64,000 nt of DNA from Bryobacterales bacterium (GTDB lineage Bacteria > Acidobacteriota > Terriglobia > Bryobacterales > Bryobacteraceae): positions 756,965 through 820,964 of the forward strand of contig CAVQAN010000009.1 of the NCBI GenBank assembly GCA_963710565.1. The letters run 5' to 3'. The first letter of the stretch is position 1, and each line of letters starts with the position of its first letter. Shown here one piece after another: positions 50,801-61,313 of the stretch. The position numbers were made by a program, and so were the translations under genes. The notes under the pieces are model-generated. The model had not been told where the DNA came from and made no database searches. It was given only the letters and a program-made list of their open reading frames with translations.

Positions 50801-51917
50801 CGCCGGCGGGGTATTGCGCGCCGAAATCCCAACCAATGATGCCGCCAGACGCGTCTGTGGTGACACCGAGACTGCCGACATCCCCGCCGCCTGAGGAGTA
50901 ATCTGTCACTTGGTCGGACACCGCCCAACTGACGGGGACAACGGGCTGCTGCAGAAGGTTGGCCGGCAGAGGTTTAGCGAACGTGAACGAGGCAGTGATG
51001 AAGTCCGCATTCGTGAGAGGGTAGGAATTGATGCCGGAGTTTTCGCTATTGACGTCGTTGAAGTGGCTGCCGGTGTACGTGTAAATCACGGCGCCTGCCT
51101 CTGCGACCAGCGTCGTAAACGACCAGGTATCGGAACTCGCCGTGCCCGCGCTGTTTCTGGCCGCAACCTGCCAGTAGTAGGTCGTGCCCGCGGACAGCGT
51201 CCCAGGACTATAACTCGTCCCCGTCGTGTTGGTGACGAAAGACGGAGGAGTCGCGGTGCCCACATAAACGTCGTAGGAAGTAGCCCCGGTAGCAGCGCTC
51301 CAACTCAACGAAAGCGCAAGGGGGACGCCAGTAGCGCCGTTGGCGGGCGCCGTGAGGAACGGCGCGGAATTGCCGGTCTCAGTCCAGGTCCCGGGCGCCC
51401 CCGACACGGAGGCCTCCTGACATGGAACACTGCCGCCGCACCAGATCTGGGACGAGTCGGTGCCGGTGGAGACGAATCCGTATTCGCTAAACAATAGCGG
51501 GTATGGACAAACCACACCGTACGCGCCAGAGCATGCGCCGGCGGGGTATTGCGCGCCGAAATCCCAACCAATGATGCCGCCAGACGCGTCGGTGGTGACA
51601 TCGAGACTGCCGATGTCCCCGCCGCCTGAGGAGTAAGTTGTCACTTGGTCGGACACCGCCCAACTGACGGGGACAACGGGCTGCTGCAGAAGGTTGGCCG
51701 GCAGAGGTTTAGCAAACGTGAACGAGGCAGTGATGAAGTCCGCATTCGTGAGAGGGTAGTGGTTGATGCCGGGGTTGCCGTTGTTGAAGTCGTTGAAGTG
51801 GTTGCCGGTGTACGCGTAAGTTACGGCGCCGGCCTTTGCGGCTGGTGAGGCGGCTAGCGACACCAGCGCGCCAAGAACGAGCGAGAGAGCTGTGCGGGAA
51901 GTGCGTGTGGACATCAT
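43871..51917 (-). CDS. Paralog D of the tri-module family (giant, >2650 aa): signal peptide + duplicated N-terminal domain + Fn3s + ~40 NHL repeats + DUF11-like + Fn3 + ~20 NHL + DUF11-like + Fn3 + 3 C-terminal modules. Apparent 1-bp frameshift near 44870
   Basis: ORF 44715..51953 (2412 aa). NHL consensus repeated (ITTVAGNGT.GYSGDGGPATSAQL..P.GVAVDAAGNLYIAD..NNRIRKV). DUF11-like YSVAVSNAAGAGPTGGTVTVSEIVPTGLTLVSMSGTGWNCSGNTCTRSDVLQPGSSFPPITVTVNV. Frame breaks inside module 1 (…GCGIPEHG…). ORF 43871..44932 continues …[12 protein letters not shown]… through modules 2-3 to INGYFAP-stop. Confidence 0.75.
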
Positions 51918-51940
51918 GCTCCTGTCGCTCCGAGAGTGAA
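50480..51940. repeat. Internal ~732-bp tandem duplication (2 units) encoding the N-terminal domain + Fn3 of paralog D
   Basis: Off-frame ORFs 50570..50881 and 51305..51601 translate near-identically at a 732-nt offset. In-frame protein shows AVTYAYTGNHFNDFNNGNPGINHYPLTNADFITASFTFAKPLPANLLQQP… repeated as AVIYTYTGSHFNDVNSENSGINSYPLTNADFITASFTFAKPLPANLLQQP…. Confidence 0.6.
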
Positions 51941-52229
51941 ATGGGACTTCCATTTTGGCTCCCGGCTTCGAGTCACTTTATCACAAGCCGCCCATCTTGA
52001 GTTCCCATCGCCCCTTGGAAACCCCGCCAATGACTGGCGGGATTCCCATAGCTCCGACGGCGGTTTGCTTGTTTGGAAGACGCGGAGACCAGGCCGCTCC
52101 GGCGGTCGGGCTGTCGCTCTCCCGCCGCCAGCCAAGCAGGAGCAGGTCAGGTAGCAAAAGACCCGGAAAGGAGGCTCGCCGCGAACCGCACGATATCGAA
52201 GCGCGTAGCGGATCGTGGTCGGCTATCCC

Positions 52230-55200
52230 TTACGGCGCGAAGTACCCGTTGATGTCGAGAATCACGTGCGCCGGGTCCGTCACGTAGATGCTGATCGCTC
52301 CACTGGTCCCCGCCGGCACGATGGCGGCGTTGGCCACCACGCTGCCGTCCCACGAGTTCAGGGTCGAAACCACCGGCGCGCCCGAACCCGCCGGCCAGGC
52401 CGAGAGGAAAGAAAGCCGCCCGTCGGGCACGACTGTTACGTTTAGCGAGTACGCCGCTGCCGTCGAGGGGATGTTGCAGACACTGGCCGGGATCGCGAAC
52501 GAGCGCGTCGTCCCCGCCGCCATCTCCGGACCGCCGAACTGGTCGGCGGGATTGCGCGTGTCCGCCACCCGGCACGGTGTCACCGGGTAGAACGACAACG
52601 CCCCCGCGCCCCCCGGCGCGGCAAAGTACCCGTTGCCGTCGAGAATCACGTCCGTCGGGTCGGAGGCGAACACCGAGATCGATCCATTGGTCCCCGCCGG
52701 CACAAGCGCGGCATTCGCCACCACCTTGCCGGTCCAGGAATTCAGCGTGGAGGCGTTGGGCTGAGCCTGCCCCGTTGGCCAAGTGCTTAAAAAACCGAGA
52801 TAGTTCGTGTCCGGCACCGCCGTGACATTCAACGAGTAGGCCCGTACCGTGGCTGGGAAGCCACAGGAACTCATGGGAATGGGAAAACCCCTGGTCTGGC
52901 CGCCGTACATGGAAGGCCCTCCGAACTGGCCGGTGGGGCTTCGGGTGTCGGCGATGCGGCACGGCGTGACGGGATAGAACAAATACGAAGTCGGGCCACT
53001 GGAGGTGTCGAAGTAGCCGTTGATGTCCAGGATCACGTCGGTCGCATCGGGGACGAAGACGCTCACTGCCCCGCCCGTCCCGGCCGGAACGATGGCGGCG
53101 TTGGCCACCACGATCCCGCCCCAGGAGTTCAGGGTGGAGACGTTGGCCTGCACCTGCCCGGTGGGCCACAGCGTCAAGAAGTAGAGCGGCCCCTGCGGCA
53201 CCACCGTCACGTTCATCGAATACGCCAGAGCCGTGCCCGGGATACCGCATGGGCTCTGGGGAACGGGAAACGAGCGCGAAGAATTGGCCGTCATGGTCGG
53301 CCCGCCAAACACCCCGGCCCCGCCCCGGGTATCCGCCACGCGGCATGGGGTCACCGGAATGAAGTGCAGGCCAACTACCGCGACGCCCGTCGTGAAGGAC
53401 CACGTCGCGGAGGGAGTAGATCCGACATCGTTCTGGGCCACCACCTGCCAGTAGTACGTCGTGCCCGGGAGCAGCGCCCCGGGTGCGTAACTGGTGCCGG
53501 TCGTGGTCCCGATCAAGGGTGGCGGAGAGGATGTTCCGAAGTGGACTTGGTAGAAGGTCGCGCCGCTTGCGGCCTTCCAGTCCATCATCGGCGCGAGCAC
53601 GACACCGCCAGCCTCGTTGCCCGGAGACACCAGAACGGGCGCGGCGGGCGGTGGAATGACGTTGTCCGAATCGCTGGTACCGGTTGCCGGTGAGCCACCG
53701 CCCGACACGGAGGCGTAATTCACCACCTGCGTACCCCCGGTCGCGACCGCGCTCACGGCCGCCGCCACCGTGATGGGAGGATAGCTGGAGCCGGCACTCA
53801 GCACATCGGCGCGCGTGCAGAAGGAACTCGAGCAGCTCCAGCCCGTGCCGCTCATGGACACCAGCAGCAGACTGGTGGGGAGCGAGTCCGTCACCAACAC
53901 GGTGCCGCTCGTGGCCCCCGCCCCGGCGGCGTTGCTCACCACCACGGAGTACGTCGCATTCTGCCCCCGCCCCCAGCCTTCGGGAGTGGGTCTTGGCGGC
54001 CATCAGAAGGGCATGCGATCCACCCGGCGTCAGCACCCGCACAGCGCCGTTGAGCTCGTCGGCGATGTAGACGTTGCCGGCTGTGTCCAAGGCCACGTCA
54101 TCGGGCTGCTGGATGGTGGCACTGGCCGCTGGGCCTCCATCGCCCGTGTACCCCCCTCCGCGCACCAGCGATGAGATGTTGCCATCGAGACCCACCTTGC
54201 GAATCGTCTCGTTATTGCAGTCCGCGATGTAAATGTTGCCGGAGGCATCCACCGCCACGGCCACGGGGGAGTTGAGGCTGGCGGCGGTCGCCGGCCCTCC
54301 GTCGCCCCGGTAGCCCTGGGTACCGTTGCCGGCCACCGTGGTGATGGTGCCGTTGGCCGACACCTTGCGGATCGCGTTGTTCCCGCAGTCGGCAATGTAG
54401 AGGTTGCCGGCGGCGTCCACCGCTACACCCTCCGGGTATTTGAGCTGAGCGGAGGTGGCCGCCCCTCCGTCGCCCGAGAAGCCCTGGGTACCGTTGCCGG
54501 CCACCGTCGTGATGATGCCGCCCGCCGTTACTTTGCGAATCCTGGAGTTGCCGGTGTCCGCGATGTAGACATTCCCGGCAGCATCCACTGCTACACCCAG
54601 AGGCGCGCAGAGTTCGGCGCTGGTGGCGGGTCCTCCATCGCCCAAGGAGCCATAGCAGTTGCCGGTGCCGGCCACCGCGGTGATGGTGCCGGTGGCCGCC
54701 ACCTTGCGAATCCTGTTGTTGCCCTCGTCGGCAATGTAGAGGTTGCCGGCGGCATCCACCGCTATACCCCACGGGTCGTCGAGCTGAGCGGAGGTGGCCG
54801 GGCCATTGTTGCCCGAGTAGCCCCTCGTGCCGTTGCCCGCCGCAACCGCGACTGTGCCATTTGCGGCTACCTTAAATACCCGGTACGCGACAACGTCCAC
54901 GATGAATAGATTGCCGGAGGCATCGGCCGCCACGGCAGTGGGGCCGCCCAGCGGAACGGCGGTCGCCGGACCTCCGTCGCCGGGGTAACTGAACATCCCG
55001 TTGCCCGCTACGGTCGAGATGGCGCCACTGCCCCCCACCTTTCGAATCCGTGCGTTGCCCGAGTCCGTCAGGTAGAGGTTGCCGGCCGAGTCCACCGCCA
55101 GGCCGTCCGGGTAATCCAGTTGGGCGCTGCCAGCCGGAGCTCCGTCGCCCGAGAAGCCCCGGGTACCGCTGCCGGCCACCGTGGTGAGGGTGCCGTTGGC

Positions 55201-56100
55201 CGCCACTTTGCGAATCCGTTGGTTGTTCGTGTCGGCAATGTAGAGGTTGCCGGCGGCATCCATCGCCACGCCCTGGGGACCGTTGAGCTGGCCGCTGGCC
55301 GCGGGGCCTCCATCGCCCGAGTAGCCATAGGTTCCGTTGCCCGCCACCGTGGTGATGGTGCCGTTGGCCGCCAGCTTGCGAATGCTGTTGCTGCCCTCGT
55401 CGGCAATGTAGAGGTTGCCGGCGGCGTCCACCGTGACGCCCTGAGGCCAGCCGAGCTGGGCGCTGGGCGCTGGACCTCCGTCACCAGAATAGCCATAGGT
55501 GCCGTTGCCGGCCACCGTGGTGATGGTGCCGTTGGCCGCCACTTTGCGAATCCTGTTGTTGCCCTCATCGGCAATATAGAGGTTGCCAGCGGCGTCCACC
55601 GTCACGTCCTGAGGCCAGCCGAGCTGGGCGCTGGGCGCGGGACCTCCGTCACCAGAATAGCCATAGGTGCCGTTGCCGGCCACCGTCGTAATAATGCCGT
55701 CGACACCCACCCTGCGAACGCGGTTGGCCCCGGGGTCGGTGAAGTACACATTCCCTGCGACATCCACAGCGACGCCGTTGGGCCATGTCAATTGGGCGTC
55801 GGCAGCCAGCCCTCCGTCGCCCGGATCCGGCCCGGGCGTAGCACTCCCCGCCAGGCGCGTCAGAAGCCCCGTGCCGTCGACCTTGAACACCCAGCGGCCC
55901 GCGGTGAGATACACGTTTCCGGCGGTGTCGGCCGCGACCTTCTGCGTGTTGAGCAATCCCACGCTCACAGCCGCAGCCGGTGTGCGCGGTGCCGCCCCCT
56001 CCGCCACCGTCGAGATCAGGTACGACTGGGCCCAAGCGGCGGTCGCGGACACCACAAGTACAACCGTCGCGAACACTCGCGTTGGGAACTTGAGGATCAT
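52230..56100 (-). CDS. Paralog E of the tri-module family: signal peptide + ~24 NHL repeats + DUF11-like + Fn3 + 3 C-terminal modules. Apparent 1-bp frameshift near 54000
   Basis: ORF 52147..56100 has MILKFPTRVFATVVLVVSATAAWAQ + NHL repeats and goes off-frame after …VRVLTPGGSHALLMAAKT. ORF 52230..53945 (…VVSNAAGAGATSGTVLVTDSLPTSLLLVSMSGTGWSCS… Fn3 … three PCRVADTR modules …INGYFAP) continues in the adjacent frame. Confidence 0.75.
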
Positions 56101-56253
56101 GTTTGGATACCCATTCTATAGCGACACGAGCAACCCTGTTAGCGCCGCATCCGAGTCTACGCCAACCGCACAGCGCCGGGCAAAACAGAAAACAGAGAGA
56201 CGAATGGCAAATTTGGGGGGCGGGCGCTTCCGCCCGCCCCGGATCCCGGGCCT

Positions 56254-57268
56254 CTACGGCGCGAAATACCCGTTGATGTCGAGAATCACATGCGTCGGGT
56301 CTGTCACGTAGACGCTGATCGCCCCGCTCGTCCCCGCCGGCACGATCGCCGCGTTCGCCACCACGCTCCCGTCCCACGAGTTCAACGTGGAGACGTTCGG
56401 CTGCGCCGACCCCGCCGCCCACGCCGAGAGGAACGAGAGCCGCGCGTCGGGCACCGCCGTCACGTTCACCGAATACGCCGCCGCCGTCGACGGAATGTTG
56501 CAGGCGCTGGCCGGAATGGCGAAAGAGCGCGTCGTGGCCGCCGCCATCTCCGGCCCTCCGAACGGGCCCGCGGGGTTGCGTGTGTCCGCCACGCGGCACG
56601 GCGTCACCGCGTAGAACGTCAGCGAGCCCGTACTGCCCGGCGGCGCGAAATAGCCGTTGCCGTCCAGAATCACGTCTGTCGGATTCGAGACGTACACCGA
56701 GATCGACTCGTTGGTCCCCGCCGGGACGATCGCGGCGTTCGCCACCACCTTGCCCGTCCAGGAGTTCAGCGTCGACGCCACCGGCGGCGCCGATCCCGTC
56801 GGCCAAGTGGTCAAAAAGCCCAGATAGCCTGCCGGAACCACCGTGAAATTGAGCGAGTACGCGCTCGCCGTTGGCGGAAGACCGCAGGAACTGAGGGGGA
56901 TCGGGAAGTCGCGGCTTTGGGCGGCCGACATCGTAGGTCCGCCGAACGTGCTCGCGGGCATCCGCGTGTCGGCGATGCGGCACGGTGTGGCGGGATAGAA
57001 CGCATACGAACTGGGGCCGGTGGAGGTGTCGAAGTAGCCGTTGATATCCAGGATCAGGTCGGTGGTATCGGGGACATAGACGCTCACGGCCCCGCCGCTA
57101 CCGGCCGGAACGATGGCCGCGTTGGCCACCACGATCCCGCCCCAGGAGTTGAGCGTGGAGACGTTGGCCTGCGCCTGCCCGGTGGGCCACAGCGTCAGGT
57201 AATAGAGCGGACCCTCCGGCACCACCGTCACGTTCAACGAATAGGCCTGCGCCGTTCCGGGAATGCCG
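56254..57268. repeat. Second copy of the ~1.0-kb near-identical repeat (3' end of paralog F)
   Basis: See 43871..44886. The encoded C-terminal ~340 aa are identical except for a few residues (e.g. THVILD vs TQVILD). Confidence 0.8.
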
Positions 57269-60200
57269 CAGGGGCTCTGCGGGATCGCAAAAGAGCGCGT
57301 TGAGCCGGCCGTCGGGGTGGGGCCGCCGAAGGGGCCGTTGGGGTTCCGTGTGTCCACCACACGGCAGGGCGTCACCGGCACGAACCGCAGGCCGGCGGGA
57401 GCGGCGGACACGGTGCTGAAGGACCAGACCGCGGAGGCCGTGGGGCCGACCGCGTTCCGCGCCGCGACCTGCCAGTGGTATGTGGCGCCCGCGGTCAGTG
57501 GCCCAGTGGCGTAACTGGTAGCGGCCGTGTTCGTCACCAACGGCGGCGTGGAGGACGTGCCGAAGTAGACGTCGTAGGAAGTGGCGCCCGCCGCTGCGTT
57601 CCAGGACAAAACCGGCGAGAGCACGACGCCGGTGGCTCCGTTGACCGGGGAGACGAGCGTGGGGGCCGCGGGCGGCTGGAGGACGGTGGTGGGGTCGCTG
57701 GCGGAGGCCGAAGCAGCACCGCCGCCCGAGACGCCCACCTGGTTCGTCACCAGCGAGGGCGCAACCGCCGCCACGTTGACCGTCACCGTGATGGTGGGAT
57801 AGCTGGCGCCTGGGTTCAGCACGTCGCTGCGGGTACAGGAAGTGCTCGAACAACTCCAGCCCGTGCCCGCCATCGAAACCGGCGTCAGCCCGGTGGGCAG
57901 GGTGTCCGCGACCGTTACCGTGCCGCCGAGCGCCTGGCTTCCAACATTGCTCGCCACCACCGAGTAGGTCGCTCCGGCTTGACCCGCAGCGAAGGCGCTT
58001 GCATGAGTCATCGTGACCCCGAGTGCCGGGGCCGCGTTGTTCACGAAGGCCGTGACGGACAGCGGGTGAGTGCCCCCGACGATCAGGTCCGGCTTGCCAT
58101 CGCCGTTGAGGTCCGCGGCGGCCACGGAAAACGAATTGGCGGCGCTGTTGAAGTGGTATTCCGTCTGGAAGGTTCCGTCGCCATTGCCTTGCATGTAAGT
58201 CATGTCCGTCTCGCCGCAGCAGTGACTCACGAACAGATCCGCCTTGCCGTCCGCGTTGAAATCTCCGATGACAACGCCGGAAGGGCCGTACTGGCTTGAG
58301 ACCGACACCGGTGTCTGGAAGGTCCCGTTCCCGTTGCCGAGAAGGACCGCAAGGGTGTACGTGACGTTTGCGTTTTCGGCTCCTACCACGAGGTCGGGCT
58401 TGCCGTCGCCATTCAGGTCGCCAACAGACACCACCGAACGGGTACGCACCCACCGGCACTGTGACGGGCGTCTGGAAGCCCCCGTGGCCGTCATTCAGGA
58501 ACACGTACACGGCGCCTGCGGGCCTGGGAGATATTTCCGGGTCTCCGCCATAATCGGTCACCACGAGGTCGGGCTTGCCGTCGCCGTTCAGGTCCGCTGC
58601 CGCCAGGGCTACGGGCCAGTTGCCCGCGGAATACGTGTGAGACAGCGTGAAGCCGCCGTGGCCGTCGCCGAAGAAGACCGTGACGTTGCCGGGCACGAAG
58701 GGAAACAGGACGGCGGCGTTCGCCACCGCGAGATCCAGCTTGCCGTCGCCGTTGAAGTCGGCCACCACGATGGCGCCGGGGGTCGTGCCGCCTGCGGAGA
58801 ACGTCCCCGAGAGTTGCAGGCCGGAAGCCGAGTTGAGAAGCACCGCAACCTGGCCGCCGAATGGCTCGGTGGCCGCGAGATCGAGGCGACCGTCCCCGTT
58901 GAAGTCCCCCGCGGCCGCGCCCACGGCTAAGGTCAGCGCGTCGATCGTCACCGGCGCCTGGAATCCGCCGTGGCCGTCTCCCGCGAACAGCTTGTCATTC
59001 AGAATCGCGTCGGTCTTGCCGTCGCCGTTGAAGTCGCCCGCAACAAGAAGGCTGCCAACCGACGTGCCTGGAGCGGACACCGAGACGGCGCCTTGGAACG
59101 TGCCGTCCCCGTTGCCCAGCAGCAGATCGATCATCCCGCTTTCGATGCCGGCGCCGATCGCGCGCGCATCGCCTGACCCCTGGAGAATGTCAAGGTTTCC
59201 GTCGCCGTTGTAGTCCGTAATGACCAGGCTGTCCGGCTCGTAGCTGACGACGTAGGATGCGCCCGTCCGGAACGTGCCGTCGCCGTTGCCCATGTAGACC
59301 GATACCGTCTGAGCGTACGAGTTCGCCACGGCCAGGTCCAGTTTGCCGTCTTTGTTGAAGTCGCCTGCGGCGACGTATTGCGGCTGTGCCCCCGTGGCGT
59401 ACGACGAGCCGCCGGAGAAGGTGCCATTGCCGGCGCCGAGCAGGATGTTGACGGTGTTGTCCTGGGCTGTCACCGCGAGGTCGGGATTCCCATCGCCGTT
59501 GAAATCCGCGATGGTCACCGAGAGCGGGTGGTTCCCGGCAGAGTAGTTCGCGCCCGTCGTGAAGGTCCCGCTGCCGGTGCCGAGCAGGATGTACACCTTC
59601 CCGGACGAGGCGCCGCCGTTGTCGGCGACCGCCAGGTCCAGCTTGCCGTCGTGGTTCAGGTCCAGGGCAGCGAGCGAAACCGGCGAAGCGCCGGCGGAGT
59701 AGTTCACGGGCGCGGCAAACGTGCCGTCGCCGTTGCTCAACAGGATCGCGACTCCGCCCGGATTGGTGCCGTCGCCGCTGTAGGCGACGGCCAGATCCGT
59801 CTTTCCGTCCCCGTTGAAGTCCGCCGCTAGGATACCCGCGGCGTTGGCCCCCACCGTATAGGACTTGGAACTGGCGTAGGTCACTTGAGAGGTGGCGAAG
59901 ACAACTATGACCTGGCCAGTGTTGCTGGAGAAGGGAAGGTAGGCAGCGCCCGGAGAGCCGTCGCCCTTGAAATCGCCCAGGGCGACGGGCTGGGAGGCCC
60001 GGCCGACACCGGCCGGTCCCGCGGAACCGCCGAGGAAGGCCGTGGTTCCCTCCGCCAGGATCGCGGCCAGGCCGTCGGCTGGGCCGATCAATCTAAACGG
60101 CCGAGTGTTGGAGAACTGAAGTGCCTTGTAGGTGCCATCGGGTTGGCGCACCTCCGGCGTGCCGCCGGTTGTGGAGATTGCGGCCTTTGCCGGTGTGGTC

Positions 60201-60337
60201 TTGACCGGCTTCAAGCCGGCCATCCTGACTGTTTGGTCCTTATCCTTATCTCCATCGCACTCTTCACAGCCTGTGAGGACCAACGCCATCGCCACGACCA
60301 GCAAGCGAGTGCTCTTCCGTAAGCGTGTGTGTTTCAT
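56254..60337 (-). CDS. Paralog F of the tri-module family: lipoprotein signal + ~16 FG-GAP/VCBS repeats + DUF11-like + Fn3 + 3 C-terminal modules. Apparent frameshift near 58480-58560
   Basis: MKHTRLRKSTRLLVVAMALVLTGC (lipobox). FG-GAP repeats (DFNGDGK.DLAVA…G.G.GTF) fill ORF 57098..60502, which goes off-frame after …VTVPVGAYPFGGV. ORF 56254..58494 continues with FG-GAP (…DLNGDGKPDLVVG…), DUF11-like, Fn3 and three modules ending INGYFAP. Confidence 0.75.
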
Positions 60338-60577
60338 GGATGCTCCTACGAACCGATGTTGACCGACCCGCGAGCCGTCCCGGGGCGCTCCGGCATCCCG
60401 GACAGAGCAATCATCGGTCTTTTCTCCCGTTCGACACGGTCCGACCCGACGATTGATAGCATACCCGCCCAGGCGGGTTCTCTCAAGCCAAAAATGAAGC
60501 AACGCACGGCGCGCTAGTACCAGGAGTACTACGCCACCAGACGTCCGCCGCAGGATTGGCTCCGTGTTGGCGGACCA

Positions 60578-61294
60578 TCAAGACCGGTCCAGCAGCCGAA
60601 CGCGATCTGGCGCGGTCATCTTCTCCGCCGCCAGGCGCAGGATCAGCCGCGGCGTGCGGGCGGCGCGCGGCAGCAGGAACCTCATCGCCTCCGCCGGCTT
60701 CTTGGGATAGGTCTCCTTCAAGACCCAGCCCACACCCTTTTGCACCATGTCGTCCGGGTCCTCGAGCAGAGCGCCGGCGATGCGGAAGATCGCCGCGCTG
60801 TTGCGCCCCTGCTTCGCTTCCTGGAGCAGAGCCACCATGGCGGCACGGCGCTTCCAGCGGTTGGGCGAGCGGACCCAGTTATCGAGCTCTGCGATGAGCC
60901 CCGGCTCGTTGCCGATCGAGGCGGCGAGCAGCCACGAGGCCACGCCGTCGCAATTCGCCCAGTTGTGGACGTAGCGGTCGATCCAGCGCTCGAATAGCCT
61001 GAACTCGCGCGCGCCGCAGAGCTTCGCGCGCCGCCGGTAGATCAGGATCGCGATGCCGGCCTCTTCCAGCTTGCCGCTCTTCCAGAGCTCCGTGGCCAGC
61101 TTCTCCAGCGCCGGCTCCGGCCACGTCCTCACTTCGCGCCACGCCTCGCGGGCCACCGCCTTGACCTGCGGCGCCCGCACTCCGTAGGCATCCACAGGCT
61201 CGCGGAAGAAGTTCTCGACGCCCTTCTTGAACTCCGCCTCGGCCCGCACCCGCAGCCCCGTTCGGATCGACGCCAGTACTTCGGAAACGGTCAT
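60578..61294 (-). CDS. DNA alkylation repair protein (AlkD-like HEAT-repeat fold)
   Basis: MTVSEVLASIRTGLRVRAEAEFKKGVENFFREPVDAYGVRAPQVKAVAREAW…WANCDGVASWLL…MVQKGVGWVLKE… matches the DNA-alkylation-repair-enzyme family pattern. Confidence 0.7.
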   Translation of the reverse strand: MTVSEVLASIRTGLRVRAEAEFKKGVENFFREPVDAYGVRAPQVKAVAREAWREVRTWPEPALEKLATELWKSGKLEEAGIAILIYRRRAKLCGAREFRLFERWIDRYVHNWANCDGVASWLLAASIGNEPGLIAELDNWVRSPNRWKRRAAMVALLQEAKQGRNSAAIFRIAGALLEDPDDMVQKGVGWVLKETYPKKPAEAMRFLLPRAARTPRLILRLAAEKMTAPDRVRLLDRS

Positions 61295-61313
61295 GGCTGG
61301 TCCCACAACCTGC

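Noticed and set aside
44700-56100. Highly periodic repeats that could be mistaken for a CRISPR or satellite array
   Set aside because: The periodicity is protein-level (NHL, SBBP, FG-GAP, Fn3 repeats about 40-50 aa long, in frame in long ORFs). Repeat units are imperfect and lack the unique spacer/repeat alternation of CRISPR. No cas genes are present
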